Part shown: positions 13,795-25,630 of the stretch, one piece after another
How the letters are laid out: each line of letters starts with the position of its first letter
Numbering within the stretch: position 1 is the stretch's first letter
NCBI RefSeq assembly: GCF_964204645.1
Contig: NC_134028.1
Coordinates: forward strand, 17,367,653-17,431,652
DNA: 64,000 nucleotides
From: Tubulanus polymorphus
Lineage: Eukaryota; Animalia; Nemertea
Reading direction: 5' to 3'
Translations under genes and position numbers: made by a program
The notes under the pieces: model-generated
The model's database searches: none
Seen by the model: the letters and a program-made list of their open reading frames with translations, nothing else
What the model was told of the DNA's origin: nothing

Positions 13795-14140
13795 TACGGA
13801 AGCGATAACCTCCAGTTGTCGTGCTTTCCAACTCGACAAATTGTCATACTTATATCAATATATCAGGATATATCGCATCAAGTCGATCTGAATATGTCGA
13901 CATATCGTGATGTTTTGACGACATATTTCGTTTTCTCGACCATTCCCCGCGACAAGTCGACATATTCATGACGACTTGAAACTATGTCATCATATTACTG
14001 GCGTCCTCATCTTACATTTCGACGTGTCTTCAAATGACGACTTGTCCCGTGGAAAATGGGCGAAAAAGCGAAATTTGTCGTAAAAACGTCACGATATGTC
14101 GACATTTATGTCGGCTTGACGGGATATGTGGACATATCGA
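13795..14140. mobile_element. Partial IS3EU-like MITE copy
   Basis: Starts tacggaagcgataa and shows gtcgac-rich homology to the 8294 TIR. Right end is missing. Confidence 0.7.
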
Positions 14141-14412
14141 CATTGTGCTGACAAATTCAAGATGGCTACCGTAGTGGCTGTATTTGATGGTCGATCACCT
14201 CTATTTTGAAAAGGAGTTGATATCTCACCTACCCAAATCCTCACACTAAGTTTAAGAAAAATGCAATAAGAATTTGAGCCTGTATCGCGCTAACGATATG
14301 TCATAGGGAGGGCGGACACCGCACGGCAGACATATGCCTCCCCCATCGAGGAGACATGATTCACTGATATTCCCTGATCTGTAAGAACCCTGATTATTTA
14401 CAAACAAAAATC

Positions 14413-14786
14413 TACGAAGCGATAAAGGGCCTCCCGTTGTCGCGTTCCAACTCGACAAGTCGCCATATTTATGTCGATATATCGCATCAAGTCGACATCA
14501 ATGTGTTGACATATCGTGACGTTTTTACGACATATTTCGTTTTCACGACCATTTTCCTCGCGACAAGTCAATATTTTCATGACGACTTAAAAGTCAGTCG
14601 TCATATCAATGGCGTCCTCATCTTACATTTAGACGTGTCTTCAAATGACGGCTTGTCCCGTGAAAAATGGGCCAAAAAGCGAAATTTGTCATGAAAACGT
14701 CACGATATGTCGACATATTCATGTTGACTTGGCGCGATATATCGACATAAATATGACAGCTTGGGAGGCACTTTATCGCATCCATA
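14413..14786. mobile_element. IS3EU-like MITE copy
   Basis: tacgaagcgataaaggg ... ctttatcgcatccata, flanked by an aaaatc duplication. Confidence 0.75.
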
Positions 14787-14821
14787 AAAATCAAATGCTA
14801 AAATTCACAGTTCGTGTCCTT

Positions 14822-17800
14822 TTAGTAGAAAATGCTCTGAACACGCTCTATTTCTGTTCTGCATGTTGGGCACACATGCCGAGAATCATGGATATGCATT
14901 GAGCACACCAGACAAAATGAATGGCCACATGGTATGAAAAAAGCATTTCTCTGTCGATCATAGCACAAAATACAGAGCTCTCTTGTTGCCGATGTCGCTG
15001 CAGGTGGACATGCTGACGGACATGCTGATGGACATGCTGACGGACATGCTGAGGAATTGCGTTGAACCTAAAATATACGAACAGCAACTTGTATTTGTCA
15101 AATAAAAGGGGTATTTCATCAGAATTATTATGCAATCAGAAAATTTCAATATGCAGCGCCCCTGGTGAAGACATAAAGAAACCAATTAGGTTAAAAAACC
15201 CGCCACAATTATAGACCATGTCATGAACTACAATTTTGTAATTGATTGTGGTGTATTAGGAATTTACAGGTCTGAGAATTCGGACTGAAATTGACCTTTT
15301 GGGCCTAAAAATGTCACATTGACTGGGCCAGTTTTTGGGCTGTAGATGCGTCTAAGGTAAACCAATCCATCGAAGGGTCTTAAAAACTTCCATCAATAAC
15401 TAGATTACCGGTATGTCTACGGACAAACGAAATGAACAGATGGTCGGAAGGTAAGGGCATAAAATAACAATGCAATAGCCCACTGGACTTAAAAAGCAAT
15501 CAAAAATTTCTGTAGAGACTGACTAGAACAAAATGAATACAAAACTTAATGAAAAATTCTTAATAACTCATAATCATAACTGCCTCTAAATATAAAATTA
15601 CTGTGTCCTGGTACTAGCAGAGACAATTATTCATCTGTTGGAGCTACACCTTGTGATAAGACTTAAAACACAAGAATTGGATATTTTACCTGATTTGTTT
15701 CAGACCACGTTGAATTCCCGGTTGGTACTGTATTAAGAACATGAAATACAGGCGAGTTCGGGGAGTTTTCCTTGTTAACAACACCTACAGCATTTGTGTT
15801 TCCGCTTTGTCTAATAGTTAACAGTGGGAGATCATCAAAATCAGAGTCATCGTCCGTGTCTTCGGGTAGCAGCTATACATGAATATAAACATAAATATAT
15901 GATCGGTAAGACCAGGTCATCACAATTGTCAGCCTGTTTGTTGATAGAGCACTGCTGCGTTTTGTGAAATTTGCCATCAATCAATTTATCTAATAGTCCA
16001 ATTAACAAGGGTACCTTCAAGTACTGAAGCGATAAAGGGCCTCTAGTTGTCGTGTTCCAACTCAACAGGTCTTATTGATGACAAATTTTGCTTTTTCATC
16101 TATTTTCTACAGAACAAGTCGTCATTTGATGAGATGTCAAAATGTTAAGACGAGGATGTCAGTAATATGACGACTGAGTGTCAAGTCGTCATGAATATAT
16201 CGACTTGTCACGAGGAAAATGGCCAAGAAAACGAAAAGTCATGTCGACTTGACGTGATATATCGTGACATCTCGACATAAATAGGCGCTTTGTCGAGTTG
16301 CAACGCAACAACTGGAGGCCCCTTATCACTTCCATACTCAAAGGATCAATCTAGGCACAACTAATGTACGAAGTAACTGCTGCTGTAACGAAAAGAATAT
16401 TCATACCAAATATGGTAATGATCTAAAATGGATTATAAACTAAGGGGTCTAATCCAAAATATGGGTCTATATTGTTTAAGGACGCGGTGGATATGTCACC
16501 AAGTTCCATGTCTAGGATTAACACATGTATAAGCCAAACCAAATATCAAGATTATCCATTGAAACATTTTTAACCCATTAGCACTCAAGCCGCCCATATC
16601 CGCCCTGCCTATTACTCCTCAAGCCACCCGAATCTGCCCGGCACTTTTTGCATGCTGCACGAAAACGGTTATAGTGGGTTTTGAACCCAATAGCTTATGA
16701 TGAACAACACACCTAAGTCCTCGAAATACCAAACAGAAATCAACATCCCCTATTTCGATTTCTCGAGTATTTCGAATTTGAACAGGACACATCTGGGCTA
16801 TTACTTCAAATCCAAATAAGTTTGGATAAATTTCGGGGGGCCAAAAGGACAGGATTTTGGCGGCCCACCTCATCAAATCTTACAGCATGTGAAAGCCTTG
16901 ACCATTTGTAATGCATGGAAATAAACAGTAAATGAGTTATTCGGTATCATGATGAACTTGGATTTTGCCCTGAATTTTCTGAGGAGTAATTGACACTACA
17001 TAGTGCAATTCTTGAGTGCTAATGGGTTAATACATCTTTAAATTGATACATCAAAGCGTGTTGAAAACCTAAAATAACTGGATTCTATCTAGACAATCAG
17101 ACAAAAAGTGAATGCCCTAATGAGCTTCAAATACAGTGTAAAATGAAGGTTTTAGAAGTAGGATCCTAACCATATCACTCAAATCTCCTCCACTGCTTTT
17201 CCTTTTCATTTTTTCCATCAAAGTTATCAGCCTTTGCTCTAAAAATATTCACAAACAGATGAATTAGATCTTACGAAAACACCATTTGTATCAGCCCATC
17301 AATTGATTTCAAGGAACTAATTAAGTTGCCTTTATAGGAAAAACCCTGTTAAGTCCTTATAGCTGGGACGATTATTGTGTCGAGTACATATCCAAATAAA
17401 AACTTACACTTTCAATCAAATCGGCAATACAAATGGAATCGAAACACGGATGATGACTAAACCAATTTCGAATATATATATATATGAGTTTAGTAAGGCT
17501 TAAGGCTCTGCGAAGTTACACAACATACCAGTTACTGAGGGAGTAGTATTCATTGTAGCTGACGCCCCTTGGTTTGACTCTAAAAAGACAAAAGATTTTA
17601 AATAACCTATGCATTCACACATATGTAAATCATACTTGGGTCAAACACAAAGCCTAGCAGACAGAATAGAATACACTACAAGGAAAGAAAACCACGTTTC
17701 TTCAGATGTATGTTGTGACTGTACGCATTATTCTGAAATAAATTGCCCATGGGAAAAGTCTAGTTTACCTTGAAAACTGGAGCTTGTTTTGAGCAGGGCA

Positions 17801-18788
17801 TTGCTTATGAAAAATCTTTTTAATTATTGAGTTCAAAGTTCTATTTCATATTGTCTTTTCATCTTTCTCAAGGAATTATTTTGTAGTATAAAAGGCCAAA
17901 ATTATACATTTGTTTATGGTCCACGTCCAATATTTCGTAGGGTACAGGTAGGTAGGGAAATTATTTTATATTTTGAAAAAAATATTTTTCATAATATGAA
18001 AAATATTTAACCCCGAAAATAAAATTCATATTATATCACCAAACAGAGGGTGGCTAAATATTTAAAGTCCTGACAACTTCTTCCAAAGTTCACTAACACT
18101 TCAATAGTCAATCAAAACACACAATGGGTGTTAAATGAAACAATACCTAGTGAAACAATTATACTATCACAAGGAATGAGCAATTGGAATTCGCACATGT
18201 ACTTAGTCCAATGAAACGTTCGCCATTTTATGGCTTTCCCATAATTATTTTAGTAGCACCAGAATCCCCAGAATTTCCCCAATCACATCCACTTGTAGAG
18301 ACGACCCACTCCGCCGCAAATCAAGGTCATTACAATTTTGTGCGCAAGAGCTAAGAATTTCCCCAACAGGTCATCGGCGGAGGTTTCGTTTGTCTTCAAT
18401 CGCATCAATAATACATCATTGGCCGAGAACTAATGAAACAAATGCGCACAATAAAATGAACCTGGATTTTACATAATTGGCTCAATGCCAACTCACCTAT
18501 CACTAACAAAGGTAAACCAAAGAAAACTATTCAGCCAAACTTTTTCCCCTGCTGAGGATGAATGGTATCTAGGAACTAAAAACATTTTTGGTTTGTGTGC
18601 TTTCTCAGGCTCAAAAGATATGCTGTTACCTGGAGGTGATTGATCATACCACTCTTCCTGCTCAGTTAATAACATGAGGATGCTATCATCTGGGACTGCA
18701 TCAAAATAGTCATTGTCGATCTCAGTCCCGTCACTTCGTAAAACAAGTCGAAATATCATTTCACCATCTAAGGAAAACTTTTCCTGAC
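14822..18788 (-). CDS. Spliced gene: CIDE-N domain + low-complexity linker + C-terminal C3HC4 RING (IAP/MDM2-like); first coding exon not found
   Basis: Exons (minus) 18788-18630, 17579-17529, 17238-17171, 15872-15690, 15067-14822, all with AG/GT sites and compatible phases (1-1, 1-1, 1-0, 0-0, 0-stop). CIDE-N motif FRLVLRSDGTEIDNDYFDAVPDDSILMLLTEQEEW. RING motif CILCYDRQRNAFFIPCGHSFCLVC...CPTCRTEIERVQSIFY*. Confidence 0.82.
16022..16336. mobile_element. IS3EU-like MITE copy in an intron of the CIDE-N/RING gene
   Basis: tactgaagcgataaagggcc ... ccccttatcacttccata. Confidence 0.7.
16574..17026. mobile_element. piggyBac-like MITE, 453 bp
   Basis: TTAA TSD on both sides and perfect TIR cccattagcactcaag / cttgagtgctaatggg. 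Confidence 0.85.
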
Positions 18789-19447
18789 CTGTTTCAAGAA
18801 AAGTAATAAATGAAAATACAATTGTAGATCAGGTTAAAGGTATTGGATAGGATGATGTTGTGACATATACCGCTAAATTCTATTTATTTTCGTCTGACAT
18901 CGATATTTTTGGAAAGGCCTATTTCTCTTAATCTTTTGAACACATAGGCCTACTTCAAATCGGTCTTAGCTTAATTAAATAGGACCAGTGAAACTGCGCA
19001 GTCAAGGAAACAATTTTTTTAGAATTCATTTTGCAATGTGTTGATGGATTGCTAAAAGGTCTTCTTTAATTCATTTGAATCAGAGAAAAAAGACTCCAGG
19101 GAGGTGGGACTCCCATCTCCCTGGTTTTATGAACTAATCAATTTTATGTTTCCATGCCAAACATTTTAAATTAGTTTCATATCATCAAAATCATGGTTCG
19201 TATGCATAGAAAATCTACGGAAAGCTATGATGACTTGCTCAGAAATCATATCTGCAACATCTTCTAAGCGTATATCGCTCTTGTCAAGAAGCAGTGACAG
19301 AAAATATATTGTTATAATTTTTAAAACACAGTGGATACTTTACTGTGTACGGCAGAGTGTTTTTCCGCTATTTTACCGTACATCGTCACTGATTGGCTGA
19401 TTTACAGAGGTGCGCGACATAAAATTCGAAGAGTGTGGAGAACAGAG

Positions 19448-19698
19448 TGTTACGGCCAGAAAAAGCCAAACTACAAACACAACTCGGAAGACTGCCATCT
19501 ACATAACACCAACTGCTTTATTAAACAGAACTCAACTGAACTGCTGAATATCAACAGTACGAACATATATATACAGGAAACAACAATAGAAGAATACAGA
19601 CAGAGATTAAAGCTTACAATATTCACAATGAACACTGACATGCGACGAAATAGGAACTTGAAAACCGGTGATGCTAGACAAACATCGAATACGTAACA
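19448..19698 (-). repeat. 3' LTR
   Basis: Direct repeat of 24522-24774. On the minus strand it is preceded by the polypurine tract aagaagggggg (19699-19709). Confidence 0.95.
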
Positions 19699-19754
19699 CC
19701 CCCCTTCTTAAAGAAGAGACCATAAAGTAGTTATTTACAATTACCATTACTAAT

Positions 19755-22700
19755 TTACGCTCTAGACAACGCATCCGCCACAACATTATTACAACCACGT
19801 ACATGTAATATATGGAGATCATACTCCTGTAAGGTTAAACACCATCTCATCAACCTCTTGTTCTTATTCTTCATACTATTTACAAAAGTTAACGGATTAT
19901 GATCAGTATAGACAATCACCGGAAAGAGACACATAGTAGTATATACGTTAAAATGTTCTAAAGCAAGTATCAAGGCTAAACATTCTTTCTCAATAGTTGA
20001 GTAATTTTGTTGCGAAACATCAAATTTTTTTGAGAAGTAACAAATTGGATGGTCTATACCACAATCGTCAGCTTGAATTAATACAGCACCTGCACCAATG
20101 TCACAGGCGTCGATCATTAATTTGAATTGCCTACCAAAGTCCGGCGCAATAAGCACTGGTTTATTACTCAACAATCTTTTTACGTTCAAGAACGCCTCAT
20201 CACGATGATTAGTCCACTCAAATTTAACATTCTTCTTCAACAAATCAGTCAATACCGATGTAACCTGGGCAAAGTTCACACAGAATTTTCTATAATAACC
20301 TGCCATACCCAGAAATCGCATTAAAGATCGACGATCCTGGGGGGCGGGATAATTAACAATAGCTTCAATTTTTGCATTTACGGGTTTAACTTGCCCATGG
20401 CCTACAACGTGACCCAAATATATACATTTAGCTTGACCAAAACCACTTTTAATTAGATTTACCGTCAAGTTAGCCTCAGTTAATCTCTCAAATAGGCATC
20501 GTAATTGATACAAGTGTTCATTCCACGTATCAGAAAATACAATTACGTCATCAATATATACAACAACACATATAAGACCTTTAATGACTTGATTCATCAG
20601 CCGTTGAAACGTGGCTGCCGAATTTTTCATCCCAAATGGCATTCTACAGTATTGGAATAAACCATGAGGGGTACAAAAGGCGGATATTTCCCGAGCACGC
20701 TGAGAAAGAGGAACCTGCCAATAACCTTTTGTAAGGTCAAATTTACTGATGTATTTGGCTCTACCGATTCTATCTATCAAATCGTCAATTCTTGGAATTG
20801 GGTAAGAATCAGATTTGGTAACCGAATTAACCTTACGATAGTCCGTACAGAACCGCCACTTACCATTCTGTTTCGGAACTAAAATACAGGGTGAACTCCA
20901 ATCACTCGTGCTAGGCTCGGCAATACCCGTCTTTAACATAGCGATAACCTCCTCTTTCATAATTTCAGATTTAACAGGATTCACACGATATGGATGCTGC
21001 TTCGTTGGTTTAGCCTCACCAACATCCACATCGTGACAAGCGAGCGTAGTCAAGCCCGGAGTATCTGTAAAGAGATGTTGAAATTCATTTAACAATTGTT
21101 TTAAATCAGATTTCTCACGAGGCTCCAAGTGATCTAATTTGGCATTAATATTATCCATCACTTTCGAATTTTCAAATAGAAAATCTACATAATTACTCTG
21201 ACTGTCACCACCATTAGAAACTGATCCGCTACAAAACGGTAACGTTTTATCAACTGCACTACCGACATCATCCGCATCCAGTAAATTAGAAGAATGAACA
21301 GTATCGATACACATATTTATACTACTAGCAGAGTCTTGGTTTCTTTCTAAATAACGTTTCATCATATTAACATGACAAACCTGACTATCTTTCCTACGGT
21401 CAGGAGTCGCTATCAAATAATTTACATCATTTAATTTTTCGAGTACAATGTAAGGACCTCGAAATTTCGCCTGAAGGCTCGCCCCCTTAAAAGGAAACAA
21501 TACAAGAACTTTGTCCCCCGGACTAAATATTCGTTTCCGAGCCTTTTTATCATACCATGTTTTCATATTCATTTGAGAGTCCTTCAAATATCTACGGCCA
21601 CTCTCCCACGCCTTGAATAATCTATTTCTAAAACTAGAAACATACTTCAATAAGTTACAGTCATTCTGTTTTTCATCATTATCAAGTAGAAATCTTTCTT
21701 TAAGCAATTTAAGCGGACCGCGCACTTCATGCCCAAAAACTAATTCGAAGGGACTAAATCCTAATGACTCTTGGACCGCATCTCTAACGGCAAACAAAAG
21801 AAACGGAACCCCTTCATCCCAATCTTTTTGATTTTCTTCACAGTAAACTGTAAGCATTGTCTTCAACGTTTGATGAAACCTCTCAAGCGCCCCCTGAGAT
21901 TCAGGATGATACGCACTCGAAGTACTTTGTTTAACACCCAGTTGATACATGACCTGTTGAAACACTCCAGAAACAAAATTTGATCCCTGATCAGACTGTA
22001 TACTTTTTGGAAACCCGTATGACGTAACGAATTTTGTGAGTGCTTTTAATATTGTAGGAGCATTAATTGTACGCAGAGGAATTGCCTCTGGATAGCGAGT
22101 TGACTTGCACATGATCGTCAACAAATACTCATTACCAGATCGAGTTTTTGGTAACTTACCAACACAGTCACAGATAACGTCCGAAAATGGTTCATTAAAT
22201 GCAGGTACAGGTATCAACGGATGTTTGGGTATAGCCTGATTAGGCTTACCACATATTTGGCAATAATGGCATGAGGCACAAAAATTACTCACATCTTTTT
22301 TTATGCCCGGCCAAAAGAAATGTTGCAATACTTTGTTATACGTTTTTGTCACCCCAAGGTGACCTCCTAATGGTTTTTCGTGAGCCAAACGCAAAATATC
22401 TTCACGATAAACTGATGGAATGACAATCTGATAATTAACTTTCCATTCAGTAGATGCAGGGACATCAGGTGGGCGAAATTTGCGCATTAGCACACCTGAA
22501 TCCAAAAAATAACCACAATGGCTATCAGCAAGATCCTCTTTTGAGGCATAAACAATAGAAATTAGTTTCTCCAAATCCCTATCACTTTTTTGAAACCTAA
22601 TTAAGTTAGAACGTGACACAACATCAAAATCAGAAACAAGAAGAGAATCATCAAATATCTTCGATAAAAACGTGTCACGTAAATGAAAAGAATTCTCTGA

Positions 22701-23327
22701 ATTTTCATCATCAATAGATCTTAAGTCATTCTTAGATTCTAAATTTTCAAATCCGCCGCTAGTCTTTTTAGACATAGACCTAGTTACCACACATGAGGGA
22801 AATAACCCAGGAATTTCCTGGTCTAATAACTCAGTCTCAAAACTAAGAACAGGGTTCTTAGAAACAAAAGGATTTACCCTAACATTACCACCGGCCAAAT
22901 CATTTCCAAGTAACAGAGAGATACCCTGAACTGGCAACGACGGACACACACCCATCTCAAACCAGCCAGACATTAAATCACAATCCAAATATAGTTTATG
23001 AATTGGTACATCGAGAATCTCGGACCCAACACCCCTAAGAAGTACGTTTTTACCGGTATAAGTGTGCTTAGACAATGGTATGGTTCCTTCTAAAATTATG
23101 GTTTGTGACGCGCCAGTATCGCGTAATATCTTGACACTCACCATTGAATTATTTTCACTGAACGATACTTTGCCATCACTTATAAACGGTTCAAACGACC
23201 TCTTGTAGGTAGTTGATGACGAAATTGTTGATTCATCTGACAGTACTGGAGGATGGGGTGTAAGTAAGGCGATCGACCCAGTAGATTTCCGTTTTCTCTT
23301 TGCCTGTAATTTGAAGCACGAAGACAT
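19755..23327 (-). CDS. pol: Pol polyprotein: aspartic protease, integrase, reverse transcriptase, RNase H
   Basis: LRDTGASQ (protease). HEKPLGGHLGV...CHYC zinc finger, SDQGSNF and ERFHQTLK (integrase). FCTDYRKVN and VYIDD (RT). IDACDIGAG and YSTIEKECLA (RNase H). Confidence 0.95.
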   Translation of the reverse strand: MSSCFKLQAKRKRKSTGSIALLTPHPPVLSDESTISSSTTYKRSFEPFISDGKVSFSENNSMVSVKILRDTGASQTIILEGTIPLSKHTYTGKNVLLRGVGSEILDVPIHKLYLDCDLMSGWFEMGVCPSLPVQGISLLLGNDLAGGNVRVNPFVSKNPVLSFETELLDQEIPGLFPSCVVTRSMSKKTSGGFENLESKNDLRSIDDENSENSFHLRDTFLSKIFDDSLLVSDFDVVSRSNLIRFQKSDRDLEKLISIVYASKEDLADSHCGYFLDSGVLMRKFRPPDVPASTEWKVNYQIVIPSVYREDILRLAHEKPLGGHLGVTKTYNKVLQHFFWPGIKKDVSNFCASCHYCQICGKPNQAIPKHPLIPVPAFNEPFSDVICDCVGKLPKTRSGNEYLLTIMCKSTRYPEAIPLRTINAPTILKALTKFVTSYGFPKSIQSDQGSNFVSGVFQQVMYQLGVKQSTSSAYHPESQGALERFHQTLKTMLTVYCEENQKDWDEGVPFLLFAVRDAVQESLGFSPFELVFGHEVRGPLKLLKERFLLDNDEKQNDCNLLKYVSSFRNRLFKAWESGRRYLKDSQMNMKTWYDKKARKRIFSPGDKVLVLFPFKGASLQAKFRGPYIVLEKLNDVNYLIATPDRRKDSQVCHVNMMKRYLERNQDSASSINMCIDTVHSSNLLDADDVGSAVDKTLPFCSGSVSNGGDSQSNYVDFLFENSKVMDNINAKLDHLEPREKSDLKQLLNEFQHLFTDTPGLTTLACHDVDVGEAKPTKQHPYRVNPVKSEIMKEEVIAMLKTGIAEPSTSDWSSPCILVPKQNGKWRFCTDYRKVNSVTKSDSYPIPRIDDLIDRIGRAKYISKFDLTKGYWQVPLSQRAREISAFCTPHGLFQYCRMPFGMKNSAATFQRLMNQVIKGLICVVVYIDDVIVFSDTWNEHLYQLRCLFERLTEANLTVNLIKSGFGQAKCIYLGHVVGHGQVKPVNAKIEAIVNYPAPQDRRSLMRFLGMAGYYRKFCVNFAQVTSVLTDLLKKNVKFEWTNHRDEAFLNVKRLLSNKPVLIAPDFGRQFKLMIDACDIGAGAVLIQADDCGIDHPICYFSKKFDVSQQNYSTIEKECLALILALEHFNVYTTMCLFPVIVYTDHNPLTFVNSMKNKNKRLMRWCLTLQEYDLHILHVRGCNNVVADALSRA

Positions 23328-23399
23328 TAAATGGCCAGATTTTTTACAATAATTGCAAATAACGGGTGAATTTTGCCCTTTTAGCTGATAACTAGAAGC

Positions 23400-24263
23400 T
23401 TAACTACGAACAGTATCATAAGATTTAACCTCTTTAAAGACCTTATGGGTTAAGGAATAGTCATCAGCAGCTGTAGCTGCCTCATTTAAATCATAAACCT
23501 TTTGTTCATCAAAATAGGTTTTAATTTCCACTGGTACAAACTGTTTAAATTCTTCCAAAAGCATTAACTGTCGCAATTTGTCAAAATCGCTTTTAACTAA
23601 TTTAGAATCACACCAGCGAGTGAACAAGGTTTCTTTTTCCCTAGCAAATTCTAAATATGTTTCATTTTCAACCTTTTTACGATCTCTGAACCGTTGCCGA
23701 TAGGCTTCTGGAACTAATTCATACGCTTTAAGAATACAAGATTTTACAATTTCATAATCATATGACTGTTCGGATGTAAGCGACGAATACACTTCTTGAG
23801 CCTTCCCAGTTAGAACACTCTGGAGTAGCAAAGTCCAGTTTTCCTGCGGCCAATTTAGATTAAGCGCGACTTTTTCAAAATGCAAAAAATACTTATCTAT
23901 ATTGGAATCTTGGAACTTCGGAACCAATCGGATGTGACGTGTAACATCGAAGTGTAGATGATTCGACTGTAGACGATTCGTCTGACGACTGGTCTCAACT
24001 TCACGAAGACGAATTTCCATCTCTCTAAGTTGTAGCTCATGTTGCTCCCGCTCACGATCCCTTTCACGATCCCGTTCGCGTTGTCCGGCTTCAAATTCCA
24101 GCTCCATCTTTCGAATTTCGTAGGCATGGTCAGAAATTGGTTCTACTTCACACTGTTGAAATAAACCCTTCAAAACGAGATAACTGTCTATGACTTCCTT
24201 AATGTTCGATTTTAGCATAGACGATTTAACACCGAGTTCATAAAATGTGGCAACATCCAACAA
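23400..24263 (-). pseudogene. gag: Gag (SCAN-like capsid); in frame with pol but cut by a TAA at 23400-23402 and an upstream TGA
   Basis: YFLHFEKVA...W...LL...LTGKAQEVY...YELVPEAYRQRFR...LRQLMLLEEF, typical of Gmr1 Gag. The zinc knuckle CNYCKKSGHLMSSC lies just past the stop in the same frame as pol. Confidence 0.85.
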
Positions 24264-24499
24264 CTCTTTTTTAGTAAAGAGTCATAAAGCCTCCCTCGTA
24301 GGAGAACTAATAAAAGTATCGCAGCCATTTGACTCGTAGAAATGCTATCGGGATCAGGAAAACGGAAAAAAATCTCTGCAATACCTCAAACTGAAGAAAT
24401 CCTGATTCCGGAGTTCAATTGAAAAGTTGACAATCGTCGACGACAAAAAGCAGTTCAAAATGTACGAATCTTCCAATTGCAGAACGAAACGGCAAGGTC

Positions 24500-24516
24500 T
24501 CCCGGACGAGCCCCCA
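24500..24516 (-). promoter_or_regulatory. Primer binding site, tRNA-Pro
   Basis: Minus strand TGGGGGCTCGTCCGGGA, the known tRNA-Pro PBS sequence, 5 nt inside the 5' LTR. Confidence 0.88.
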
Positions 24517-24521
24517 ATTTC

Positions 24522-24774
24522 TGTTACGGCCAGAAAAAGCCAAACTACAAACACAACTCGGAAGACTGCCATCTACATAACACCAACTGCTTTATTAAAC
24601 AGAACTCAAGTGAACTGCTGAATATCAACAGTACGAACGTATATATATACAGGAAACAACAATAGAAGAATACAGACAGAGATTAAAGCTTACAATATTC
24701 ACAATGAACACTGACATGCGACGAAATAGGAACTTGAAAACCGGTGATGCTAGACAAACATCGAATACGTAACA
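24522..24774 (-). repeat. 5' LTR
   Basis: Differs from the 3' LTR by one substitution and a 2-bp indel as read by eye. Confidence 0.95.
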
Positions 24775-24834
24775 CAGAGTTATAGAAAATAGAGGGAGAC
24801 TCGAACCCGGGCCAGGTAAATTAGCGCTGCGTCA

Positions 24835-25286
24835 GTCTTCCTTATTACCGAGATGACGTAATTTACCAAGATGAACCGAGATCAACGGAGATGACATGAA
24901 ATATAACATATTTATTGATTCCTTATCGATTTTTACACTTGAAATCATATCATATCAGTAATAAATACCTTCTAGAGTCACATTCTACCTATTTTTCAGG
25001 ATATTTTTGTAGAAAAATAACTTTTAACTTTACCGAGATGAGATCGTCAATCAATCAAATTCAATGAAATTTCATTGCTAACCGAGATGACGTATTTGAA
25101 GTCAAAATTTTTTTATACAAAATATCCTGAAAAATAAGTAGAATATGATGACTCTAGAAGGTATTTATTACTGATATAACATGATTTCAAGTGTTAAAAT
25201 CGATAAGGAATAAATAAATATGTTATATTTCATGTCATCTCTGTTCATCTCGGTAAATAACGTCATCTCGGTAATAAGAAGGACCC
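24835..25286. mobile_element. ~450-bp fold-back MITE, Mutator-like
   Basis: Long TIRs (cttattaccgagatgacg...) covering most of the element, flanked by duplicated gcgctgcgtca (24824-24834, 25287-25297). Confidence 0.75.
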
Positions 25287-25630
25287 GCGCTGCGTCATAC
25301 CACTAGACCACCGAGCTCGCTGAAAACCAATCAAATGTTTTAGGGGCCTAACTATCTATGGTTTCTCACCTTACCCTAATCCTATTCCTAGGGGTAAAAC
25401 GGACCCTAACCCTAACTCTAATCCTAACCCTCTGGGCCCGGTTCCAAAGTTGTGAGTTAGAGTTTACTCTGAGTTAAAATCAGTTAATTTTCGATGTTTT
25501 AACTCCAGAGTCAAATCTTAACACAGAACTGTGGAACTGGGTCCTGGACCTGGGTCCTTTAGAACCCGAACCCTAAACCCAATAAAATGATTTTATTCTT
25601 ACTTTGATTAGTTGATACTATAAACGAAGT

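Larger units (their letters stand above)
19448..24774 (-). mobile_element. Full-length Ty3/Gypsy LTR retrotransposon, Gmr1-type (integrase before RT)
   Basis: LTRs 19448-19698 and 24522-24774 (TG...CA, near-identical), 5-bp TSD cagag (19443-19447, 24775-24779), PBS and PPT present, pol order PR-IN-RT-RH. Confidence 0.95.

Noticed and set aside
14848-15185. ORF-track peptides with QHVR / SMSV repeats
   Set aside because: Wrong frames. The third frame behind the acceptor at 15068 encodes the RING exon.
25370-25430. Telomere-like (TAACCC)n
   Set aside because: Short, degenerate and part of a dispersed element, not a chromosome end.
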